NCBI GenBank assembly: GCA_963803435.1
Contig: CAWDML010000003.1
Coordinates: 288,001-352,000, forward strand
Source of the DNA: an uncultured delta proteobacterium
GTDB taxonomy: Bacteria; Myxococcota; Kuafuiibacteriia; Kuafuiibacteriales; Kuafuiibacteriaceae
Direction: 5' to 3'
Length of the DNA stretch: 64,000 nt
Position numbers and translations under genes: made by a program. Shown piece by piece: positions 50,737 to 62,068 of the stretch. Each line of letters begins with the position of its first letter. Positions within the stretch are counted from its first letter, which is position 1. Below the pieces are notes generated by a model. That model ran no database searches and was not told where the DNA came from. It saw nothing but the letters and a program-made list of their open reading frames with translations.

Positions 50737-53700
50737 GTGACCGCGGTGAGAGCCAGGATAGGTTGGATCATCTGCGCCTTCTTGGCGGGCTGCCCCGTCG
50801 AGGAGGACCATCCGCGCCCCCAGAATCCGAAGGCCCGCACGACGGCCGAGCCCGAGTCCGAGCCGCAAAACGAGCCGCCCTCCGACCTCTCGGCGCTGGC
50901 GCCCGTGATCGCGCCGGTCCCACAGTCGAGCGCGGCGCCGCAGAAGATCGTGGTGCACTTCCTGTATCCGGTCGTCGCCGCGCCGAACACGCCGGTCGAC
51001 GCGGCGAGGACCGAGGTCGTGGTCGAGCCGGAGCAAGGCCCGCCCGTCCCCGCGGTCCTACGGTTCGAGTCGGCCTCGACCCTCGAGATCCTGCCCACGG
51101 CGCCGTTCGCTCCGGATACGCAGTACCGGGTGCGGATGGAGCGCGTTCAGTTCTTCGATCAGCTGGTGAAGGGAAAGGTCGAGCAGACGTTCGAGACTCC
51201 GCCGTTCGGCTTCCTGCGGGCCGATCTCTCGTCCGTCGAGGCGGCCAAGAAACGGATCGCGATCGATCTGGTGTTCACCGGTCCCGTGCTGGTCGAGGAC
51301 GTGGAGCGGAGGGTCGACCTGCGGATCGGCAAACCGGTGAAAGCTCGGTTCGAGCGCACCGAACAGAGCAACGTGGTCCGGGCGACGGTCGGCGAGGTGG
51401 CCCTCGGGCGTGGCCGGAAGACGGTGGAGGTCTCGCTGGCGGAGGGCGTGCGGAGCCTCGACGGCACCTCGGTCGCCGGCGAGGCCCGGGCCACGCTGCG
51501 GATCCCGTTCGGCGAGCCGATCAAGATCTTCGGCGCGCACGTCCGCGAGGGGGCTTCGGGCTACTACGTCCAGGTGATCTGCAGCGACGCGGCGATCGGC
51601 AAGAACACGATGTACTTCTGGGACGAGGTCGCCCAGAACAGCTACGAGCTCTCGCGGCGCTGCGTGCTCGAGGAGGAGGATGCGAAGAACAGCATCCACT
51701 TCGAGCCGAAGGTCGACTTCACGGTGTCGCCGATGCGCGGCGGCTTCCGGATCCTCGCCAAGCTCGAGCGCGGCAGCTATACACTCCGGATCGATCCGGA
51801 CGCGCGCTCAGTCGACGGCGGCGTGCTCCTCTCCGCGTTCGTCGACAGCTTCTCGGTGCCCGCGCGCAGCCCGCAGGTGGGCTTCGTCTCCAAGGGGCGC
51901 TACCTGCCGAGGAGCGCCTGGCGACGGCTGGCCATCCGGCACCTCAACCTGTCGACGGCCACGCTCCGCGTGCGACACATCCCGCCCCAGAACCTGGTGT
52001 TCTGGCTCTCGGGCGAGTCTGAGGCGGCCGACGAGCGCAACTCGACCCTGATCCTCGAGCACGAGCTCCCGCTCCACGGCGACCCGGACGTCCTCACCAC
52101 CACCTGGATCGACGTCGGTCGGATCATGAAGAGCGCGCCCACCGGGGTCCTCGAGCTCGAGCTCTCCGGCAAGGGGATCAAGCAGCCGGCCCGCGCTCGG
52201 CTCTTGCTCACCGACATGAACCTGATCGCGAAGCGCGAGGAGAGCGGCCGCGTGCGCGCCTTTGCGATCGGCATCCACGACAACCAGCCGCTCGCGGGCG
52301 TGGAGGTGAAGCAGGTGGTCCCCAGCGGTCGCGTTGTCTCCACGTGTGTCACCGCGTGGGACGGCGCCTGCGAGCTGGCCGAGCTCTCCTCGAAGGCGCT
52401 CGATCAGACGCCCCCGTTTGCGATCCTCGCGACGCTCGGCGAAGACCTCACCTATCTCACGTTCGACGAGCTGCGCACGCCGATCTCGGAGGACGCGGTG
52501 CACGGCCGCTCCTATCGGGCCGAGTCGCCCTACACGGCGGCCATCTGGTCGGACCGCGGGGTCTATCGCCCGGGGGACACCGCGCACTTCGCCGCGATCA
52601 TCCGCGACCAGCAGTCGGTGTCGCCCGACGCCGGGATGCCGATCGTGTTCGAGCTCGCCGATCCCAAGCGCAAGGTGATGAAGCGGATCGTCGAGGAGAC
52701 CAACGACGCCGGTATGATCGCGTTCGACGTCTCCTTCGCCGACTTCGCCGCCACCGGTCGTTACCGGCTGGTCGCGCAGGCCGGTAAGCGGCAGCTCGGT
52801 GAGATGGAGTTCAACGTCGAGGAGTTCGTCCCCGAGCGGATGAAGGTCAAGGCGAGCGTCGTCCCTGAGCAGATGTTCGTCGAGGACGACGCGCGCGTGC
52901 GGATCGAGGCCGCCTACCTGTTCGGGGGCAGCGCTGCGGGGAGCCCGTTCGAGGTGACCTGCGAGCTCGCGCCCGCGGAGCTCCACCCGCGGAAGAACGC
53001 CGGCTGGGCGTACGGGGTCTGGACGGGGCGACCCATGTCTCCGATCCCGCTCGGCAAGGCCACCGGCGTGCTCGAGGAGGGCGGCGGCGGCAGCGTGCAG
53101 TGCCCCGAGCTCACCGGGCGCGGCCGCTTCGCCGGCACGGCCCGCGTCACGGCCGACGTCGCCGTCTTCGAGTCGGGCAGCGGCCGGACCACGCACGGAA
53201 GCGCCTCGGCGCTGGTGCATCCCGAGCACTTCTACGTGGGGCTCCGGAGCCCGGTCGGACAGGTGAACGCCGGCGATCAGCTGCCGGTGGAGGGCATCAC
53301 CGTCGACTGGGAGGGCGAGCCAATCAAGACCGTCCGCAACGTCGACCTGGCGCTCTACCGGGTCGAGAAGGAGCGCGACTGGGTCTACGACGAGGTCGAG
53401 GGCTACTGGAACTATCGCGAGTATCAGCGCCTGGTGCTGGAGGCGGAGCAGAAGGTCGCGGTGAAGAACGGCGCCTTCTCCCATACGTTCGCCATCGCCG
53501 AGGACGGCGGTGGGTTCGTGGTCCGCGCCCAGTCCGAGCGCGCCCGGACCGATCTCTTCGTTCAGGGGAGCGGGAGCTTCTTCTGGTACGGAAGCTGGGG
53601 CGAGGGCGAGGATCGCACGCCGCGGCCCATGCGTCCGGCCTCGATCGAGATCCGCGCGCCGGAGCAGGTCGCGCTCGGCGAGAAGGTGCCGGTCCACTTC

Positions 53701-56310
53701 ACCACGCCCTTCGCCGGGCGGGCGCTGATCACCGTGGAGACCGACGAGGTCGTCGAGCGGGAGTGGATGGACGTACCCGAGGGCGAGGTCGAGTATCCGT
53801 TCGAAGTCGAGCGCTTCGTGCCGAACGCCTACCTCTCGATCCTGGTGCTCAAGGATCCGCACGAGGACTCGCCGGCCTCGTTTCTCCCCGAGCGGGCCTT
53901 CGGTGTGCGGTCGATCCGCATCGAGCCGGCCGAGTTCGAGCGCCGGATGTCGATCCACGTCCCCGAGGAGGTGCGTTCGAACAGCCGCCTCGAGGTGAAC
54001 CTGGATCTGGGCGAGCTCGACGAGCCCACGTTCGTGACGGTGGCGGCGGTGGACGAGGGCGTCCTGTCCTTGACCAAGTTCCAGAGCCCGAACCCGTTCG
54101 ACTCGATCTTCGATCCCCGCGCCCTCGGTGTGGCCACGTTCGAGACGGTCGGATGGAACCTGCTCCTTCCGGCCGGTGGTCCCTCGCAGGCGACCGGCGG
54201 CGACGCGCTGAGCGGGCTCGACCGGGTGCAGCAGGTGAAGCCGGTGGCGCTGTGGTCGGGGCTGCTCGAGGTGCCGGCCAGCGGCAAGATCACGATCCCG
54301 TTCGACGTCCCCGAGTATCGCGGCCAGCTCCGGGTGATGGCGGTGGCCGCCGGGACGCGGCGGATGGCGCACGCAGAGGCCAAGGTGCTGGTGCGCGATC
54401 CGCTGGTCCTGCAGACGACGCTGCCGCGCTTCCTGATCGACGGCGATCGGGTGCGCGTGCCGGTGTTCGTCACGAACGTCTCGGGCGCGGACCAGATCGT
54501 GAAGGTCAGCGTCCACGCCGAGCCGCTCGACGGGACGAAGGCGAAGACCGCGCAGATCGAGATCTCCGGCCCGAGAGAGAAGACCCAGTCGATCGCGGAC
54601 CGCGCCAACGCGACGTTTCTCTTCGACCTGACGGCCAGGGCGCCGGTGGGCGCGGCCCGGCTCACGGTGACCGCCGAGGGTGGCGGCCACGTCTCCAAGG
54701 AGTCGCTGGACGTCCCGTTCTCGCCGAACGCCCCCAAGACCCGGGTGGTGAAGCGGATCCCACTCCCCGCGGGGCGCACCGAGGTCTCGCACCAGCTGAC
54801 CGGTTGGCTGCCGACGACCGAGCGGAGCACGTTCTGGGTCACCGCCAACCCGTACGGCGAGTCGTTCGAGCATCTGCAATATCTCTTGCAGTATCCCTAC
54901 GGGTGCGTGGAGCAGACGGTGTCGTCGAGCCGGCCGCTCCTGTTCATCGGCAAGTTCCTCCCCAACGTGGATCCACGCGCGACGCTGGGGAAGAGCGTCG
55001 ACGAGCTGGTGATGCTCGGCGTGAACCGGGTGCTCTCGATGCAGACGCCGGACGGCGGCTTCGCCTACTGGCCCGGCGGGAACGAGGCGGTGGGCTGGGG
55101 GACGGCCTACGCGCTCCACTTCCTCCTCGACGCCAAGAACGCCGGCTATCCCGTCCCCGAGGCTCGGGTCGACGACGCGGTCGCCTGGGTGGAGCGAGCG
55201 CTCGACCAGCCCGAGACCGACCGCTGGGACGACGTTCACGCGCGCCCCTATCTCCACTACGTCGCCTCGCTGGCGGGGCGGGGTCGCAAGGCCGAGATGC
55301 TGCGGGCCGTCGAGACGCTCGAGAGCAACAAGGCGAGCGAGCGGTCCACCGAGGAGCGCTACCTCCTGAAGGCGGGCCTCTACGCCATGGGCGACCGCAG
55401 CTTCGAGTCCGATCTCAAGGACCTCGATCTGAGCCCGATCAGCGACGCGCGTACGAATGGCTGGACGTTCTGGTCCGACCGGCGCGCGCGAGGCTTCATG
55501 CTGAGCACCTTCGTCGATCTCTTCGGCCGCGATCCCGCCGGCGAGCGGATGGCGACGCTGGTGGCCGAGTCGCTCCGCGGACATCGGAGCAGCTGGTACA
55601 CCACGCAGGAGCTGGTCTGGGGCATCACCGGCCTCGGCAAGTACGCCGGCGAGGTGGCCACCACCTTCGAGCCGCCGCGGCTCTGGATCGGGAAGAAGGA
55701 GATGGAGGCCACGTCGGGCGACGGCAACGAGCGGACCTGGGCCATCCCGCGCGCCAGCGAGCGCCGGCGGATCTCGATCGAGGTGAAACAGAGCGATCAT
55801 CCGCTGTATCTGGTGCTCTCCAGCGAAGGCGTGCAGCGGAACGCCTCCTGGGACCTCGGCGGGGACGGTCTCTCGATCCAGCGCGACTTCCGGCGCCCCA
55901 ACGGCGAGCCGATCGGGCTCTCGGACGGATCGCTGAAGCTCGGTGACGTCATCTACGCGATCGTCACCGTGGAGAACACGACCGGGGCGCCGATCCAGAA
56001 CGTGGCGGTCGTCGATCGCTTCCCTGCGGGCTGGGAGATCGAGAATCCCCGCCTCGGGCGCTCGCAGGCGATCGACTGGATCGATCAGAAGGAGATCTGG
56101 GCGCCCGATCATCTGGAGCTGCGCGACGATCGGATCGAGGTCTTCGGTGCGCTCGGCCCGAAGGAGGCGCGCCGCGTGGTCTACGCGCTTCGCGCCGTCA
56201 GCTCCGGCCGCTTCGCGATGCCGCCGGCCGAGGCCGAGGCCATGTACGATCCGTCGTTCTGGGCGCGGGCCGCCGGCGGCACGGTGCTGGTCAAGGGGCC
56301 GTGGGACTGA
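50737..56310 (+). CDS. Bacterial alpha-2-macroglobulin (lipoprotein)
   Basis: LAGC lipobox; DRGVYRPGD, VEEFVP, AAVDEGVL, thioester motif YPYGCVEQ and AEAMY. Confidence 0.95.
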   Translation: MTAVRARIGWIICAFLAGCPVEEDHPRPQNPKARTTAEPESEPQNEPPSDLSALAPVIAPVPQSSAAPQKIVVHFLYPVVAAPNTPVDAARTEVVVEPEQGPPVPAVLRFESASTLEILPTAPFAPDTQYRVRMERVQFFDQLVKGKVEQTFETPPFGFLRADLSSVEAAKKRIAIDLVFTGPVLVEDVERRVDLRIGKPVKARFERTEQSNVVRATVGEVALGRGRKTVEVSLAEGVRSLDGTSVAGEARATLRIPFGEPIKIFGAHVREGASGYYVQVICSDAAIGKNTMYFWDEVAQNSYELSRRCVLEEEDAKNSIHFEPKVDFTVSPMRGGFRILAKLERGSYTLRIDPDARSVDGGVLLSAFVDSFSVPARSPQVGFVSKGRYLPRSAWRRLAIRHLNLSTATLRVRHIPPQNLVFWLSGESEAADERNSTLILEHELPLHGDPDVLTTTWIDVGRIMKSAPTGVLELELSGKGIKQPARARLLLTDMNLIAKREESGRVRAFAIGIHDNQPLAGVEVKQVVPSGRVVSTCVTAWDGACELAELSSKALDQTPPFAILATLGEDLTYLTFDELRTPISEDAVHGRSYRAESPYTAAIWSDRGVYRPGDTAHFAAIIRDQQSVSPDAGMPIVFELADPKRKVMKRIVEETNDAGMIAFDVSFADFAATGRYRLVAQAGKRQLGEMEFNVEEFVPERMKVKASVVPEQMFVEDDARVRIEAAYLFGGSAAGSPFEVTCELAPAELHPRKNAGWAYGVWTGRPMSPIPLGKATGVLEEGGGGSVQCPELTGRGRFAGTARVTADVAVFESGSGRTTHGSASALVHPEHFYVGLRSPVGQVNAGDQLPVEGITVDWEGEPIKTVRNVDLALYRVEKERDWVYDEVEGYWNYREYQRLVLEAEQKVAVKNGAFSHTFAIAEDGGGFVVRAQSERARTDLFVQGSGSFFWYGSWGEGEDRTPRPMRPASIEIRAPEQVALGEKVPVHFTTPFAGRALITVETDEVVEREWMDVPEGEVEYPFEVERFVPNAYLSILVLKDPHEDSPASFLPERAFGVRSIRIEPAEFERRMSIHVPEEVRSNSRLEVNLDLGELDEPTFVTVAAVDEGVLSLTKFQSPNPFDSIFDPRALGVATFETVGWNLLLPAGGPSQATGGDALSGLDRVQQVKPVALWSGLLEVPASGKITIPFDVPEYRGQLRVMAVAAGTRRMAHAEAKVLVRDPLVLQTTLPRFLIDGDRVRVPVFVTNVSGADQIVKVSVHAEPLDGTKAKTAQIEISGPREKTQSIADRANATFLFDLTARAPVGAARLTVTAEGGGHVSKESLDVPFSPNAPKTRVVKRIPLPAGRTEVSHQLTGWLPTTERSTFWVTANPYGESFEHLQYLLQYPYGCVEQTVSSSRPLLFIGKFLPNVDPRATLGKSVDELVMLGVNRVLSMQTPDGGFAYWPGGNEAVGWGTAYALHFLLDAKNAGYPVPEARVDDAVAWVERALDQPETDRWDDVHARPYLHYVASLAGRGRKAEMLRAVETLESNKASERSTEERYLLKAGLYAMGDRSFESDLKDLDLSPISDARTNGWTFWSDRRARGFMLSTFVDLFGRDPAGERMATLVAESLRGHRSSWYTTQELVWGITGLGKYAGEVATTFEPPRLWIGKKEMEATSGDGNERTWAIPRASERRRISIEVKQSDHPLYLVLSSEGVQRNASWDLGGDGLSIQRDFRRPNGEPIGLSDGSLKLGDVIYAIVTVENTTGAPIQNVAVVDRFPAGWEIENPRLGRSQAIDWIDQKEIWAPDHLELRDDRIEVFGALGPKEARRVVYALRAVSSGRFAMPPAEAEAMYDPSFWARAAGGTVLVKGPWD

Positions 56311-58590
56311 GGAGGCGCCCGCTCCGTGCGGCGCTCTTCGGGTGCGCCGGCCTCCTCGCCGCCTGGCTCCTGACGCTGCTCCTCGCCCGCCTGATCCCGC
56401 TGCCCGAGGGCTACTTCCCGGTGGGCTCGACCGTCGTCGAGTTCCGCGACGGCTCGACCGCGTTCGTCTTCCTCTCACCCGATGACAAGTGGCGGATCGA
56501 TCGCGACTCATCCGAGATCGATCCGGCCTACGTGCGCGCGCTGATCCGGCTCGAAGATCAGCGCTTCTATGCCCACGGCGGCGTCGATCTCCTGGCCGTC
56601 GCCCGGGCGATGGTGTCGAACCTGTGGCACCGCCGGATCGTCTCCGGCGCCTCGACGATCACGATGCAGCTCGTCCGCATGCGCGAGCCGCGCGCGCGCA
56701 CGATCGCGTCCAAGCTGATCGAGAGCTTCCGTGCGCTCCAGATCGAGGCGCGCTTCGACAAGGCGCGGATCCTGGCGCTCTACCTGACGCACGTCCCCTA
56801 CGGGCGCAATGTCGAGGGCGTCGAGGCGGCCGCGCTGGCGTACTTCGGCCACCGGGCCGGTGCGCTCTCCCGGGAGGAGATCGCGACGCTCCTGGCCGTG
56901 CCGCAGAACCCGAACGCGCGCTATCCGAGGCCGGAGAATGCGCGGCGGTTGGAGGCGGCGCGCGACGGGATCGCGGCGCGGCTGTCGCTCGGCCCGCTCG
57001 AGGGGCCGCCCCCTGCTCGCCTGCTGGCGTTCCCGAGGATGGCCCCGCACGCCGCTCGCTGGCTCCGCGCGCAGCATCCGGAGACCGTACGCCTCCGGAC
57101 TACCCTGGACCGCGGCGCGCAGCGGCTGGCCGAGCAGACGCTCCGGGAGGAGTCGCGGCGGCTGGGCGCGCTCGGCATCCACAACGCGACCGCGGTGGTG
57201 ATCGATCACCGCGCCGCGGAGGTCCGCGCCCTGGTGGGCAATTCGGACTTCTGGGACTCGTCCCACGGCGGACAGATCGCCGGCTTCGATCGCCCCCGCT
57301 CGCCGGGCTCGGCGCTGAAGCCGTTCCTCTATGCGCTGGCGATCGATCGGGGTCTGGCGCTCCCCGAGCACCTGGTCCTCGACGTGCCCGTCGAGTACGG
57401 CACCTACGCGCCCGACAACTACGACGGCCGCTGGTCCGGCCTGGTGACGCTCGAGGAGGCGCTCTCGCGATCGCTCAACATCCCGTTCGTGAACCTCCTG
57501 GCGCAGCTCGGCGTCGACCGCTTCATCGGCGATCTGTCGGCGTGCGGCGTCGAGAGCCTGATCGATCAGCCCGGCTTCTACGGGCTCTCGGCGGCGATCG
57601 GCGGCCTCGAGGTGACCCCGCTCGAGCTGGCCGGGCTCTTCGCGGCGCTGGCGGAGGACGGCGCCTGCCGCGCCCCCGCGATCCTGGCCTCGACCGAGCG
57701 CAAGGGTCCGATCGCGGCCTTCTCCCCCTCGGCCGCCTGGCTCACGCGCCGCGCGCTCCGCATCCGCGATCGCCCCGACTTCCCGGCGCGCCGCAGCCTC
57801 GCGCGCACGCCCCATGGGATTCACTGGAAGACCGGTACCAGCTACGGTCACCGCGACGCCTGGGCCGCCGGCTCGACCGCCGACTTCACGGCGGTGATCT
57901 GGACCGGCAACTTCGACAACACGCCGAGCGTCCACCTGGTGGGCGCCGACGCCTCCGGCCCGATCCTGTTCGATCTCCTCGAGGCGCTCGGGGACCACGG
58001 CGCCGAGTCGCCGCCACCCTCCGATCTGGTGACCGTGGAGGTCTGCGCCTTCTCGGGACGCCTCGCCGCACCCGGCTGCCCTCACCGGCGACGGATCCTG
58101 GCGCCGCGACGCCACGTGCCCACCGAGCGCTGCCCGTACCACGTCGCGGTCGACGTCGATCTCGTAACCGGTCTGGCGCTGACGCCGGACTGCCGGAGCG
58201 GCAAGCGCTACGCGCACCGGAGCTTCATCTCGTTCCCGCCGGCGCTGGCCCGCCACCTCGCACCCGAGCTCCGCAGCCTGCCCGGGCCGCCGGAATCTCG
58301 CGCCCGAGTGCGCACCCGCGACCGCGCTCGAGCCGCGGATCGTCTCGCCGGCACGAGGTAAGCGCGTGATGCTGATGCCAGGCCTCTCGCCGGAGGACCA
58401 GGAGGTCCCGCTGGCCGCCGAGGGCGGAGGTCGCCGGGCCAGCTGGTTCGTGGATGGGCGCTTCCTCGGCACGGTGCCGATGCACGAGCGCCTTTGGTGG
58501 GCCCCGTCGCCGGGCACGCACGAGCTGGTGGTGACCGACGAGAGCGGCGCCAGTGCTTCCTCGCGTCTGCTCGTGGAGCGATCGGAGTAG
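56301..58590 (+). CDS. pbpC: Penicillin-binding protein 1C (+1 frameshift near 58292)
   Basis: Transglycosylase motifs EDQRFYAHGGVD and GASTITMQL; transpeptidase motifs SALK, SLN and KTGTS; the C-terminal WFVDG...PSPGTH domain is in the next frame; directly follows A2M. Confidence 0.92.
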
Positions 58591-58739
58591 TGGGTCGGCT
58601 CTGGAGGGACTGCCCACATCGAGGCGCGTAAGCGGCAAGCGAACATGCGCACGACGTGCACATCCGCCGCCGCTCGGCTGAGCCAAAGCCAACCGAGGGA
58701 TGCGCTCGGAGCGGGCACCGACAAGCTGTGGCGCTCGCG

Positions 58740-59411
58740 TCAGAGCGCCGGGATCGTGGCGGTCATGCCGTCGGCGAGCTGCACGAAGAGGGCGGGGACG
58801 CCGTGGAGATCGGTGACCGCGAAGACGTTGGCGATGGAGCCTTCGGCCAAATGCGGAAGCGCGAAGTGGACGTCGGGTTGGTGGTCGCCGTCGACGTCGA
58901 GGCCCAGCGTATACGCGCCTGCGGGGACCTCGACCGCGTCGCTGGCGGTGCCGAACTCCAGCTCTTGCCGTAGGTCAGGCCGGTCGCGAGCGGGGCGCCG
59001 CCGCCCAGGTCGAGCACGTCGACCGGACCGAGGTCGGGGGCGGCGTGGACAATCCGCAGGGTGTCGATCCGATCGTCGAAGGTGAGCGTACGATCGGCGA
59101 GCACCACGGCCGAGTAGGACCGCCCCGGCTCCAGGTTGACCTCGAAGGTGGCAATCCGCTGGCCACCGCTGGCGACGTCAATCAGGTCTCGACCCGCGGG
59201 AAGATCGAGGTACGGCGAGACCTCCCCGAAAGCCAGGTTGCGGTAGGACGGCGTCGGGCCCGCCGACGAAAAGGTCGACGGCAGCGGCGCCGGGCGCCAT
59301 GTGGATCGCGCGGAGCGCGGCGTGGCGGGGCGTCGTGATCGGCGGCTCCATCGGGGACGAGCACGCGATCGTGAAGAGGGCAGACAGCGACGTAGCGAAG
59401 CGGAGGTTGAT
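58740..59411 (-). pseudogene. DUF4397-like lipoprotein, degraded (start codon ATC, two frameshifts)
   Basis: LRAIHMAPGAAAVDL and LRIVHAAPDLGPVDV repeats; AAAGGAG RBS followed by ATC rather than ATG; IAC lipobox; spread over three frames. Confidence 0.65.
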
Positions 59412-59629
59412 CGGCTTCGGGCTCCTTTCCAGAGGTGCAGGACGTTTACGGACGTCACTTCGCCGGCGCCGTCTCGCTGGATGCAGGCGATGACCGATTT
59501 CCTCCGAGCCTGACGCATATACCCGAAAGCACATGGCGAACTGGCCCGGGGTCCAGTCGCGCACGGTGACGTCGAACACAGGTCGACTTCATCGGCAGGA
59601 TCGTGCTTCGTTTTGCCGGGCTCCAGCGA

Positions 59630-62068
59630 ATGGGAGATTCAGAGAAGACCCCGTCCTCCGATCCGCCCGAGGCCGTCGGGCGGATCGTCCTCTGGTTCGA
59701 CAGGCTCACCGGAAAGATCGCGCCCCTTTGTCACCGTCATCCGTTCCGTGCGCTCGGCGTGACGGCGCTCCTTCTCGGCCTCTCGCTGTTCTTCGCGCGG
59801 CAGGTCCGCCTCGACACGGATCTGGTGGCGCTCCTCCCGGAGGGCTTCCCGTCGGTCCAGAGCCTCGCCGTGCTCAAGCAGCGGTTCGGCGTGGTGGGAA
59901 ACATCGTGATCCTCGCCCGCGGCGACGATCCGCAGCAGCTGAAGCGCTTCGCCGACGACGTGGCCGTCGAGCTGGAGAAGCTCGACACGGTCGACTTCGT
60001 GATGCGCCGCCGCACCGACGAGTTCTTCCGCAACCATGCGCTCTACTACCTCGAGGTCGAAGACATCGAGCTGATCGCGGATCGGATCAACGAGACGATC
60101 ATCTGGCACAAAAAGCAGGCGAACCCGCTGCTCGTCGATCTGGACGCGGCCGAGAAGCCCTCGCTCGACTTCCACGACCTGGAGAGCAAGCGCTCCCCCC
60201 TCAAGCGCAGCCTGGGAGGCTCCAAGGTCGCGGGTGGCACCCACTACATGGGTGAAGACGGCCACCTGATCGCGGTGTTCGTCCGGCCGATCAAGCGCGC
60301 GTCCGACTATGCCTTCACGAAGCAGGTGATGGGGGACGTCGAGCGCGTGATCGGCGGCGTCGACCGGAGCGCCTACAGCATCGACGACATCCAGATCGGA
60401 GGCCGGTACCAGAAGCGCCTCGCGCAGCAGTCGATCATCGAGCATGATCTCGCGACGACCTCGACGGTCGCGACGCTGCTCCTCGTCCTCTACATCCTCT
60501 TCCACTTCCGCCGGATCTCCTCGATCCCGCTGCTCCTGGTCCCGCTGCTCGCCGGCCTCGCCTGCGTCCTGGGCCTGACCGGGCTCTTCTTCGGCACGCT
60601 CAACATCCTCACCGCCTTCGTGGGCGCGATCCTGCTCGGTCTCGGGATCGATCACGGGATCCACCTCCTCGGCCGCTATCAGTACGAGCGGCGGATGGGC
60701 GTCCCCGAGCTGAGGGCGATCCAGGTGACGTTCACCAGCACCGGGCGGGGGGTGGCGCTCGCAGGCTTGACCACCGCGGTCGGCTTCGCGGGCCTCGCGA
60801 TCTCCGAGTTCCGTGCGTTCCGCGAGTTCGGGATCATCGCGGCCGCCGGCGTCATCCTGGTCGTGATCGCGTACCTCACGGTCCTGCCCGCGATGCTCGC
60901 CGTCTTCGGCCGATTCGTCGGGAGCCGCGGGTCCGAGTCGGCGGATCGACCGCTCGTCTCCTGGACCCTCCGCCATTCGAAGCCGCTCTTCGTCGGCGTG
61001 AGCCTGTTGGCCCTCCTCGTGATGCTCAAAGGGCGCTCGGTGGAGTTCGACTACGACTTTCGCAGCCTGGAGGGCGGCGACATCCCCGCGTACGCGCTCG
61101 ATCAGGTGATCGACGGGCTGATCGGACACAAGCAGACGCCGGTGGTGGTGTTCGTCGACTCCGCGGACGAGGAGAAGGAGGCGGTCGCAGAGCTCCGGAA
61201 GCGGATCGACGAGGAGGGCGCCGGCGCGACGATCGACTTCGTGATCGCGTCCGCCGACGTGGTTCCAGCCGGACAGGCCGAGAAGAGGGAGGCCTTGAAG
61301 CAGCTCTTGGATGTCCTCGGCCACGTCCCCGAGGACGCGCTCGAGGGCCACGACCGCGACACCTTCGACTCGCTGGTGGAGATGGCGCGCACCGAGCCCT
61401 TCGACTTCGCCGACCTTCCGGAGGACATCCGGCGTCAGTTCCACGGGAGCGGCGTCATCCTCGTCTTCCCCGCGGTCAGCCTGACCGACGGGAAGCGCGT
61501 GCTCGAGCTCTCCGACGACGTGCGCCACCTCGAGGTCTCGCAGGGGAAGACGGTCTCCGCGGCGGGGGAGGCGATGGTGCTCGCAGACATTCTCCGCATG
61601 GTCCTGCGCGAGTCGCCGATCGTGGTCTCGGTGACCTTGATCCTGGTGTTCCTCTCGATGTGGGCGCTGCTGGGGCGGCTCCGCCTGGCGGCGTTCTGCA
61701 TCCTGCCGGCAATGCTCACGGTGTTCTGCACGTTCGGGCTCACCGCGCTGTTCCAGGTGAAGCTCAACTATCTGAACATCGTGATCCTCCCGGTGCTCTT
61801 CGGGATGGCGGTCGACGCCGGCGTCCATATGGTGACCCGCGGCATCTTCTCGAGGACCGACGTGGCTGAGGCGCTCAGCGAGACCGGTCGGGGCGTCTGG
61901 GGATCGAGCGTCACCACTGCGATGGGGTTCGGCGCGCTGCTGCTCGCCCACCACCCCGGCTTGAACTCATTCGGTCAGGTCGCGCTGATCGGTCTGGGAA
62001 TGATCGTGATCTCGTCGCTCGTCTGGCTCACCGCGCTGATCGGTCTGTTGACCAAGGCCCGCTCATGA
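59630..62068 (+). CDS. MMPL/RND superfamily transporter
   Basis: Two repeats of TM plus periplasmic domain; GLGIDHGIH, LTTAVGF, GMAVDAGVH and TTAMGFG motifs. Confidence 0.9.
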   Translation: MGDSEKTPSSDPPEAVGRIVLWFDRLTGKIAPLCHRHPFRALGVTALLLGLSLFFARQVRLDTDLVALLPEGFPSVQSLAVLKQRFGVVGNIVILARGDDPQQLKRFADDVAVELEKLDTVDFVMRRRTDEFFRNHALYYLEVEDIELIADRINETIIWHKKQANPLLVDLDAAEKPSLDFHDLESKRSPLKRSLGGSKVAGGTHYMGEDGHLIAVFVRPIKRASDYAFTKQVMGDVERVIGGVDRSAYSIDDIQIGGRYQKRLAQQSIIEHDLATTSTVATLLLVLYILFHFRRISSIPLLLVPLLAGLACVLGLTGLFFGTLNILTAFVGAILLGLGIDHGIHLLGRYQYERRMGVPELRAIQVTFTSTGRGVALAGLTTAVGFAGLAISEFRAFREFGIIAAAGVILVVIAYLTVLPAMLAVFGRFVGSRGSESADRPLVSWTLRHSKPLFVGVSLLALLVMLKGRSVEFDYDFRSLEGGDIPAYALDQVIDGLIGHKQTPVVVFVDSADEEKEAVAELRKRIDEEGAGATIDFVIASADVVPAGQAEKREALKQLLDVLGHVPEDALEGHDRDTFDSLVEMARTEPFDFADLPEDIRRQFHGSGVILVFPAVSLTDGKRVLELSDDVRHLEVSQGKTVSAAGEAMVLADILRMVLRESPIVVSVTLILVFLSMWALLGRLRLAAFCILPAMLTVFCTFGLTALFQVKLNYLNIVILPVLFGMAVDAGVHMVTRGIFSRTDVAEALSETGRGVWGSSVTTAMGFGALLLAHHPGLNSFGQVALIGLGMIVISSLVWLTALIGLLTKARS

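Noticed and set aside
51808-56511. 1567-aa minus-strand ORF and other long shadow ORFs (e.g. 13117..15504, 20198..22321, 30968..33187, 59639..61954)
   Set aside because: They are antisense or alternate-frame shadows of well-supported genes. High GC suppresses stop codons, and the products have no motifs.
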